A model generated the notes under the pieces. That model saw only the letters and a program-made list of their open reading frames with translations. It was not told where the DNA came from and made no database searches. A stretch of 64,000 nt of DNA from Nemertoderma westbladi (taxonomy: Eukaryota > Animalia > Xenacoelomorpha), in the NCBI GenBank assembly GCA_032718475.1, contig JAUCBJ010008122.1, positions 26,889-90,888 of the forward strand, written 5' to 3'. A program made the position numbers and the translations under genes. This document shows positions 1 to 10,200 of this stretch, one piece after another; within the stretch, counting starts at the first letter, position 1, and each line of letters opens with the position of its first letter.

Positions 1-1624
1 TGACTATGTGTTTGTACAGGTCTTTGGTCATTATTTTGTACTCACCCATTCAGCCATTCCCATTCCATATCGGCGAATTAATATCTCACCGCAAAGTTCA
101 ATTATCAATCAAGGAAAACCTATAATGACACCGTATTCAAACTAAATCACTAACTTAATCTGTCAAGTCCAAGTGCTGCTTGTAGCTGTGCTGTACTGTT
201 TGTATGTACAGTAGGCCAATACCAGTGGAAAAGTGAAAGGAGGAGTTACATTCCCTTCCCACCTTAATTAGCAATGAAGCAAAAAATAGCTCAATAGGCA
301 ATAGGTGACAGACAAGACAACACTTCACCTTGTGATATGCAGATATGGGATTGATCTGTAATGCGGCATGCGGGGTGAAGTTCCCACGGAAGTAGGCTAT
401 TTTCTGATCTTGCAGTTTATCACTCAATAACTAATTAATGTCCGTTGGTACAGTAGCAAAGCATTTACAAATCAGGGGAATTTCCGGTTTTGGGGGGGGG
501 GGGGGGGGGGGGGCACTGCAGCACTGAAACGCTAAAAACGCATGCATGGCATGTGCCTAAAACACTTGTCTGGTGAGAAAACACTAAAATTTTCTCTCAT
601 ATTCACTTCTGCATTGTCTAGGCCTATACAGCTACCGGTATATATCATATATGAAAAGACTCTGATATTTTTCTCAAATTTCCCGTTCAGAATTCTGTTC
701 TTACTCCTGTACTCCGGTATAATAAATAAATTTTATTTTAAATATTGTCACTGTGAAATACTGAAATAATAATAATAATAATAAATAATAAGACTACTGG
801 ACTAGGCCAGTAGGCCTATCACAGTACTGCAGTACAGCAGTATCACACTCCCTACTATCACAGTACAGCAGTACTCAGTCTGCCGGTACCATTCCTGCAT
901 TCTGTCATTACTGCATTAGATTGTTCTTTGCTGCTTTGAGGTTGTACCGGTACCGCTGTACCGGTACCTCTGGGCTGTTAGGCTAGCAGGCTAGGGCGCT
1001 AGGGCAGTAGGGATACACCCTACAGCCCTACACAGCTCCATGCTGCCATGATGCGGTTGCATAGGACATAGGTCTGTAGACTGTAGGTAGGCCTGTACTG
1101 CTGTATGCTGGTAGCGGTAGGTCAGTGTAGGTCAGGTCAGGTAGCGTAGGTCAGTAGGTACCGCTACCGTACGCTACGTAACAGTCTGTCTGTCTGTTAC
1201 TCAGTCCACAGTCGACAGTCACTGACTAACTGAGAGACTACCGTACTGGCTGACTGGACTATGGTCTGATTTTACTGATTGCAGCTGTAGGTGCAGAGGT
1301 TGAGAGGTACAGGTAGTTACAGTGTAGTACGTTACGTAGTAGGCAGCAGGCAGGCAGGCTTACTGACTGTAGTAAGGACGTCAACAAACACTTTCATAAT
1401 GCAGTACCGGTAATGAATCACCAAAATCTCAGGCACCGTACTGCCGCCGTACGCACGCATTTTCCAATTGAGATGTCTTTTCAGCCTATGGAAGTATATC
1501 CTGGGCTTCTAATTTGCTGTTCCTTCAATAAGCTCATCTCATTGGCTAACACTCTCCCATAACCAAAAGGTGTGTCGGTTCAGCCCAATTACCAGAAGGG
1601 TGTAATTGTGACAGTGAAATTGGA

Positions 1625-2932
1625 ATCAATCAATCAATAGTATCAATAGTATAATCAATAGTATAATTTCGATTTACGCAATGTATGACATGAAATTTAC
1701 ATTATAGTTATACTGTAGCATTACAATTTTTCAATGTTACAATGTAACGTTTATTTAGCTAAAATTTGTAATGTTTGTGATAGTAATGTAATAGTACAGT
1801 AGATATAGATTTTAAATGACAAAAAAGAACAGTAGCATAGCTAGTGTTGTTCTATTTTGCCGTTGTGGTGCGTAGATATAAAGAGAAGAGTTCACGCCAT
1901 CATAATATTCATTATTTATAATTTCGGGTTAAATTGAGTTCTGTTTTATCCCATTTATGTCTATTGTAAATATTTATAAAACTAATAAATAATTATTGTA
2001 ATGTCTAGTATTATGCGTACAGATAGCAACGTGTGGGCACACCATTATACAAAATTAATTAATAAACTTTCATACTATTTTACTGATAGAAGAGAGAGGA
2101 TAATGACAAGACAAGATTATTCATTGATGAAGATGAGGTCGATGTTATTTCGTGTGTGTTAATTTATTAATATTAATATTCAAATATAAGTATATACTGT
2201 ATGTGTTAATTCTGGTTGTTTATTAAATATGTCTTGTACTTTCTTGCTAAAGATTTCTTGGATTTATTATTTTTTAAGTCAAACTGTAGTGAATTCCATA
2301 TTTTTGTGCGGCTATATTTTAGTGAATTTTGTGTTGATAGTAACCGAGTTCGTGGGAGAAAGAAATTTAAGGACGCTACTGATCTAGTATTATATTTATG
2401 TATTTTTGATGTCTGTTGAAATATAAAGATGTGATAAAAGGTTGCTTTTTATTGTTATTTATGTCCCACATTAATTTTGCTACTTCAAGTTTGTAAATGT
2501 TTTCTAACGTTAGTATGTTTAGTTGTTTATGTATTGGATTTGAATGTGACTGATAATGGCTAAAAGTGATGGCTCTTACAATTTTGTTTATTTTGACTCG
2601 AATTGGTTGTATATATTTGTTGTGAGTATTGCCCCATAGTATTATACCGTATTGTATGTATGGGTGAATAAGTGTAAAATAAAGTAATTTTAGTATGTTC
2701 TGTGGTAAGATATAACGTAGTTTAAAAAATATACCGCATGATTTTGATATTTTTTTGTATATGTATGCGCAATGGTATTTCCAAGATAGTTTGTTGTCAA
2801 TCCAGATACCCAGAAATTTTGTTTCGTTTTTAATTTTGATTACTGTATTGTTTATTTTAATGGGTTGAACTAAGTTTTGAGTTACATTTGAATTTGAGAA
2901 TAGTAAATATTCAGTTTTCTTTAGATTGAGTG
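1625..2932 (-). mobile_element. 3' part of a CR1/L2-group (Crack/Daphne-like) LINE: end of ORF2 plus 3' UTR, cut off by the LTR insertion
   Basis: Manual minus-strand translation from 2932 reads SLNLKKTEYLLF...KFLGIWIDNKLSWKYH...LLYFTLIHPYIQYGIILWGNT and, after a frameshift near 2410, ...KIWNSL. This continues in frame from ...WLLDNKL at the far side of the LTR element (~16435). A (TTGA)-like short-repeat tail near 1625-1665 is the tentative 3' end. Confidence 0.85.
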
Positions 2933-4115
2933 TGTAAAAGCTTTTGCGTAATTAGCCGGTTATTTTCCCGTAAAGTACTCTGTAGTTGGTTTACCAGGCA
3001 TAAAAAGGCCGTGTCCTTACTGTACTGGTGTTTTAGAGGACATAAAAGTCATTTCTTCTGTATGTGTACTTTAAAGGACATAATCCGTAATTTCGTGACG
3101 CAATAGCTGGATACTCTTGAAAACAGTGTCGCTACCATGACGACGGCTAACAGCTGATATTGCCACGTCGACATTTCTTTGTTTCTTTGTTCTCTCTTAG
3201 TTCAGTCAGCCAATCAGAGCATTTTTATGGCTCTTGTACAGAAATTTCCTAGAAATCACGCAATTCATTATGGGCAGTGTTTACATTCTGTCCTGAGCCA
3301 GTAAAGAACGGCTTTGGAGTATTTGTGCTTTTCTGCTTTAGCCTAACACTAGTAGGCTTAATTATAAGGACATATATCCGTTATCTGGGTAACTCAATGT
3401 TATCTGTTTACATTCTGTTAACTGGCCCATACTGTGCAACTTAACTTAACATTACTGCTTTGCTGTCGGTTATTCATTATATTTGTTGATGAATTATTAT
3501 ATTTGGAATAACGAGAAATACCCCCGAAACCCAATATTCTTGATATACCGAAGGTAAGAGAGAAAGGTTACATATAACGATTGCGACTTATGTTAAAGTG
3601 GTTTGAAGTGAATCTAATGTTATTTGATAGACCCTACATGAGTCGGTCTGTGTTCCTTTTATATGTGACTAAAATCAGTGAAGATCGGCAGATTAGTGTG
3701 CAGTATTGTGCAGCATTGTGTATGAGTGAGACTGATAACGAAGCATTTCCTAAAGAATGCGCCATATATGTGAATTGTAACTAAGCCATATCGTTGTGAG
3801 TAGTTTAAGTCATAACTCTGTTTATATAGATAGAGCGCCACGTCCTAAAGGAACTGTTAATATTCCCCGAAGGTGAATAATATTGTCAGAGATTATATAA
3901 TACTGTCAGTCGAATAATACATTAGGCTTACATAGCAATACGATTAAGCCGTCGAAGTCAATCTCCCGGGTATATCCAACGGGTGAATGATCGCGCACAG
4001 ATTGGTTTCAACTAGTGTAGTGAATCAAATACTTGTTAGAGGCTAAAGCGATTTATTATCTAGAAGACATCCTAATTTGGCGGGTTAAACTGCCAAAGGT
4101 CTGAAAGCGCGAACA
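2933..4115 (+). repeat. 5' LTR (1183 bp)
   Basis: Begins TGTAAAAG, ends GCGAACA. Matches 15230-16429 at offset 12297 apart from a 17-bp duplication in the 3' copy. CCAAT near 3210, TATA-like motifs near 3363 and 3822. Confidence 0.95.
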
Positions 4116-4264
4116 ATAACGGATATTTAGTCTGTATTGCAGTGTAGGCATTAAATACAGTTTAATATTGTTCTGGTAAGAACAATAACGGATATCGCTT
4201 CTTTATTGCAGTAAGCAATAAAGTTGAAAGTACCGGTCAACCGGTAAACCTGAACGGTATACAT

Positions 4265-4380
4265 CTGTAGGTCAGTAGGCCCAACTGCCAGAACCGGTAC
4301 TGCCGTAGGTCCGTAGGTCCAACTGCCAGAACCGGTACTTCTGTAGGTCCGTAGGCCCAACTGTCCAAACCGGTACTTCC
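4265..4380 (+). repeat. Three ~38-bp tandem repeats in the LTR-element leader
   Basis: Unit approximately CTGTAGGTCCGTAGGCCCAACTGCCAGAACCGGTACTT seen three times. Confidence 0.8.
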
Positions 4381-4555
4381 AGTATAAGTACATTAGTATT
4401 ATTCGAATTTGATAATCATATACCGGTAGGTCTTAGTACTTAATCAGGGAACGGCCGCCCTGGTTTTTATTGAGATTTTTACTTATTTCTGTCAAGTTTT
4501 ATTTGTTTGTAGGCCAGTATTGAACAGAAGGCGTGTAAGCCTGATCAGATTGTAC

Positions 4556-5895
4556 AGACAATTTGTAGGCTGAGCTGTTGTCTGATTGCTGTTAAGTCCG
4601 AACGGATTGCAGTGTGTGTAGATCACCTGTCCGATAAAGAACGGTTAGGAAGTAGGGGCAGCCAAAGCTGTAAGGTAAACCCCCAACTAAAGAATAAGTC
4701 GTACTACTGGGTTAGAACGCATGCTACCTAATCATTTCGGAGTCTGCATGTCCTGTAGTTTATTTAGGCTTGAGAGTAGTCTGCCATCGTTTAGTCTGTA
4801 CTTTGTTTGTGTAGCCTGTACAGGTAGCGTATAATATTTATTTAGATAATTTGTAGGCTGGATAGTTGTCTGGCTGTTGTTAAGTCTGAACGGATTGCAG
4901 TGTGTGTAGAGCCTCTGTCCGATAAAGAACGGTTAGGAAGTAGGGGCAGCCAAAGCTGTAAGGTAAACCCCCAACCCCGTATGCTAAGTGACTTTTTTGT
5001 GCGCCGAACGTGACGCGGCGCAGAAAAAAATGTGCGCCTGCGCAGTCGAAAACAGTGCAAAATCCGCGTGCGCAGCAGAAAAACTGCGCGAGATTGGCGC
5101 GCGCAGCAGAAATTCTGCGCGAGATTGGCGCGCACAGCAGAAATACTGCGCGAAATCTCCTACCTCTCCTATGTCCTACCTCTGTAGTACCGGTACTGTA
5201 CCGTACCACCTACCCCAGTACCCGCCTGCCTACTCTACTGGCCTAAGCAAGCCCTAAGCACACCAAGTAGGACGCTTTATTATTTTATTGACATTACAGC
5301 ATTGACATTACACATTGGCGCGCACAGCAGAAATACTGCGCGAAATCTCCTACCACGTACCTGCCTGCCTACTGCTGTACTGGCCTAAAGCACACCAAGT
5401 AGCCTAGCAAGTAGGAGGCTTATTATTTCAGTATTTCTTACAGTCTTATCTGTATTGTCATTACCGGTACCCTGTTACCGGTAGTCGGCAGACTGCCAGG
5501 GGTAGGTCTACTTACCGGCTGACTGGTACTGACTTAGTGCTGTAGTGCAAGTCTGAGCCGTGCTATCAATTTTCTGCGCCTGCGCCTGTCGCGCCGCGCT
5601 CTAAATTTTCTCTGCGCGGCGCTGTGTGGCGCTGCGCGGCGCTGCGCTGCGCTCTCAATTTTCTGCGCCTGCTCCAAATTCTGGAAAAAATTGTGCGCCG
5701 AACGCGTTCGGCGTACATGCCCTACTTAGCAGAATGGCCCCCAACTAAAGAATAAGTCGTGCTACTGGGTTAGAACGCATACTACCTAATCATTTCGGAG
5801 TCTGCATGTCCTGTAGTTTATTTAGGCTTGATAGTAGTCTGTCGGTATTTGGTCTGCATTTTGTTTGAGTGGTTTGTACGCGTAGCGTAATATTT
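4556..5895 (+). repeat. Tandem duplication of a ~288-bp leader module; the second copy is split by a MITE
   Basis: AGACAATTTGTAGGCT at 4556 recurs as AGATAATTTGTAGGCT at 4844. Copy 2 resumes at 5746 (TAAAGAATAAGTCG) after the insertion. Confidence 0.9.
4976..5737. mobile_element. Non-autonomous TIR element (MITE), 762 bp, 8-bp TSD
   Basis: TSD CCCCCAAC at 4968-4975 and 5738-5745. Imperfect TIR CCCGTATGCTAAGT versus CCATTCTGCTAAGT (11/14). GCGC-rich subterminal repeats. The empty site is visible in the first module copy near 4680. Confidence 0.9.
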
Positions 5896-7233
5896 ATTAT
5901 TCAGAGTTTATGCGATTATTCGCAACATTCATTCCCCAAGTTTGTTCCTACAATAATTGTGTTTGTTATACATACCGCTATAGTTAAATTAACCCCGGTA
6001 CTACACGGGCTGCTTGGCGTAGGTAAAGACTGGTGATTTTGTGCACCGGTCACTCCAGCAGATGCCGTGGTTCTTTTAGCTGTTCAAGTATATTTAACTA
6101 CTGATTATATGTTGTACAAGTACTCGTACCTAATTTAGGGTTTAGTGTACAGTGCTTTCCGAAAGTAATTAGTGTAGACATTATATTTGTGTTGTAAGGT
6201 AGTTGATAGGCACGTTCGATTAGCTCTATTAACTTCTAGGTGGGAACACTCCGTGATACATAACGTAGTACCTGTAGCGATACGGCTATAGGTCGTCAGG
6301 CGGTGGTATTTTCCTATCTGGACAACGCAGTGTATTTACTACTACGTATTATTTTCAAATACCGCAGTACCCTGTCCGTTGTAATAACCAGATTTCTAAC
6401 CCTTTGTTAGGCTGGTTTGTAGACTTCTTGTAAAATTACCCTGAAAATTCGTATTTTGTGTTTTTTGTAAATTTTTGTGTTTATTTAGAGATTGTAATCT
6501 CACCCGGATTGTACGTAATTTGTAGTATTAAGTAACTTAGGTAAATTAGCATTATTTGTTTTAGTGTCCTATAAGTAACACTTCACTGAAAGCGCACCGC
6601 TTTGTGTAGTGATTACTTCCCAGAAATAATAACATTTATTTCAAACATTAACAAAACCCATTAAAACAGTAAAACGGGTATATATATATTAAAAATCAAA
6701 TCTAACGAGTTATAAATAGTAGGCCTACCATACAACCATTAGGTCTCAATATCAGTTGGACTACTGCTCAAATAACGGTAATAAAGTAAGTAAAGTAACC
6801 AAGTAACCCTAAAATTCAGAAATTCAATTATTTAAAATAATTGATTAATTGATATACCGGTATTTACGATAGGCCTATTATCTTTATTTCTATAAATTTA
6901 GGCTGAAATTATACCGGTACTTTATAATTAATTCTAGTCCAGAATTATACTTATATATACTACAAACTGTAAGCTGTATACCGGTATTCCCGATAGGCCT
7001 ATTATATATTTATATATATTTGTGCTAAAATTATACCGGTATTCTGTGATAAACCTAGTCTGTAATAATACTTATATATACTATAAGCATACCGGTATTC
7101 TAATATATTATATATATCACGCTACACTGAGTAGCAGTATCGGTAATTAATTACTAGGCTAGCAGTTAATACTGAATTACTAGACTTGCTCAGACTGTAA
7201 TACAGCAGTAGACATTCAACTGTACACATAAAC

Positions 7234-10200
7234 ATGTCTGATACTAAGCAGAACCTGTCAGACAGTTTATTAGATGTAACTATCTGCGACTCAGATAGAG
7301 GCGTAGAACCGTCTAGTCGTAAGTTCAGTTCACCTCCCACTGTGAGGAAGGTCATCCCTCCTGTAGTAATAACAGAACCTAGGCTGGTCCAACATCGTAG
7401 GTCTATCATAGGCACTCGAGCTCAGGTCAAGCGGGACCAAGAAGCAGCAGAACAGCAACAACCCGCGAGCCAAGAACTTACTTCTCAACGGCCCAACAGC
7501 TCCAGTAGTGAGGATACTGTAGAACTGACACCAGAACGCGGAGCAAAGATGATGGATGCGGTTTATTCGGATCCCCTTCTCATCCTTCCTGCAGCCGTAC
7601 TCACTAGGTTATTGATTGCGGTGGAAGAACACCAGATCGATTGGGCGAGAAGTCAGCGATCAACTAGAGATAGTTATGCGGGATACACGAGGGAAGAACT
7701 GAAGTCTATTGTCGAGTCGCAATGGAACTTCCCCGGACCCGGACTCCCGTTTGATTTATCAGAAGCTGCCTGGGAAGACATACACCGGATGGGAGTAGCC
7801 AATGAAACCATCGATCCAGCTGTGTGGAAGAGGTCCGCAGCCGGATACGCACAGGGATTCTTCAGCTCTATGGAGCGAGTAGAAAAACAACTGTTACAAC
7901 AACCTCAAGGACCTCAAGAGCAGGGACAACTGCTTTATCAAGTTAGAGAAAGAATTCTGCGAATCAGGCTAATATTATCAGCCTTTGAAGAGGCTTCTAA
8001 AAGAAGACAAGACCCGTCGTTGCAAGTTGCCGTAAAGACTTGGTTTCAACGGGTGAGTCGCCAGGTTCAAGGAACAGCTCGGTGGAAAGCTCAGCTGGAG
8101 GAGCGCTCAACCCATGGAGAATCAACAGACGCTACTTTTTCCCAAGTGGAAAGTGAAGCGACGGCAGAGAAACCGCATAAGAGGGATGCCATTGACATCT
8201 ATCTGTCAGACTATCAACGTTTTTTAGGTGATGACGAGTTGAGGAGAAGGTTAGAGGGACTTAGCCCTAATAGTGAAGGAACCAAGCTTGTGTTGGATGC
8301 CATCGATGTGGAAATGAGGGCTGCGAACCAGGCTAAATTTGATGAACAACTCCGCATCACCAGAGTCCAAGAAGAACAAGTAAAGAAAAAACGTATAGAA
8401 GACAGAAAGGCAGCGGCAGTAGCAGCAGCAGTGGCAGCTGCAGAAGCAGAAAGAAAAGCGGCAGCGGCAGAGGCAGCGGCAGAGGCAAAAGTGGCAGCGG
8501 CAGAGGCAAAGGCAGCGGCCGAAGCGGAAAGAAAAGTGGCGGAGGCAGTGGCAGAAGCAGAACGGAGAGCGGCTGAAGAAACCACCCAATTAGAATTGGA
8601 AAACATTCAGGAGAATCAAGACTGCATAAATAAACAGTTAACAGCTAGTAATATGCAGATGATGAATCGATCTACTCCCAAAAGACAGGGATATACATCA
8701 TCTGAGGAAGGCGATACCACCGATACTGAAGGCAAAGAAAATAGATCTCGTCTAAGCAGACGTAAAAGAACGTTCCACCGTCAGAAATTGCCTGATTTGC
8801 CTCCAGCTGTTAGAAGGCAACTAAATAACACCAACTTAGGTAGTACAGAGCCCACAGACCAAATAATTAAAATAGAAAGACTCCCTACTATAGTAGATGA
8901 GCCTGAAATAATTAGGCCTGTTCTTGAAATCACCCCTTCGGTGATAGACACACCTGTGCTCCCTGAAGTTACCTCTAAATTCCCTCTGCACAGTACTAAG
9001 CTATCTGTGCCCAGTAGAACAGCCCATGAGACAGTTCAGGTCCTGGACCCCGAGCGAAATATTCATGATTTGTCGCCCGTTGTCCCTCGTCCGCCCGCTA
9101 CAACGTTGGCGACTCCCGCTTCGGCGGTCGAATGGGTGGACGAGAGACGGCGGGGGATGGATCTCCTGCTCGGGCAGATGCAGGAGACTGTTCAGCAATT
9201 CAAGGGCACAGTAAGGGAAAGTAGGCTAGAGTTGCAAGAAGTGCAGCAAAGTATCGCGCTAGAACGCGATAAATTAGTAAATTTACAAAAGGGTATATCA
9301 CCACCCCCTGTAACAATGTGTCAACCCGTTAGGTCTGAAGTATCCCATGCGCAAGGTGTGGAGCCTACACGCATCTATACTGCTAGCGAAGTAGAAACTC
9401 CTATAGTAAACCCTATTAAGGGTAATTATAAACCTGTTGATAATGATATCTCATCTAGACTTGATAATAATCCGAGAAACTTATATACCGATAATTCTCT
9501 ATTCAATAATGCGATGGCTCAAGAAAGTTTTACACGCCAAATGGCTAGAACCGAAGCCCGACAAGCGGTAAAGGTTGGAGAGATCGTCAAGTTCAATGGA
9601 GATGAGATGAAATGGTTACCTTTTAATGAATATTACAAAGATAACATACAGAACTCTGTACTATCTAACGGAGAGAAACTTAGATTCCTCATCGAATGTT
9701 TGGAAGGACCTCCCAAGTCAATGGCGTTAAAATTTATTGGACATCCAGATGGATTAAGACAAGTTTGGGATACACTAAACATCAGGTATGGTAATAGGAC
9801 TAACATAGCTAGGTATTTATATGCGAAATTAATGGCGCCCCGAAAGTTTCTTAGCAGCGGGATTATAGAGTTTTCCGATGAGATTCAGGAGATCTGTAGA
9901 CAACTAGATTGGTTAGGTAAGTCTCATGAATACCAGAATTCTATGGTTGTAGGAGCCTTAGCATCTACTTTGCCCAAGGGTGGAGTAGGTACACGCTGGG
10001 ACAAGAAGGTGTTATATATGATGGAACAACAACAACGAGACCCTACCATGGCTGATCTCATGTCATTCTTGGATAGCGAGGTGAAATTACAGCTCATAAA
10101 GCAGTCCAGAGAGAAGACAGCGGAAAGTAAGGTAAGTGAGAAACCCGTTTCTAGGAGAAGGGTAACACCAGTATGTTATACCGACGACGGTGAAAGCCAA

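Noticed and set aside
40-427. Possible minus-strand exon or ORF at the window start (GTGAGT donor-like site near 46)
   Set aside because: No recognisable protein similarity and stops in all frames just upstream of the donor; cannot be supported from this window.
3581-3841. Small ORFs duplicated at 15878-16138
   Set aside because: They lie inside the LTRs, have non-ATG starts and are duplicated only because the LTRs are.
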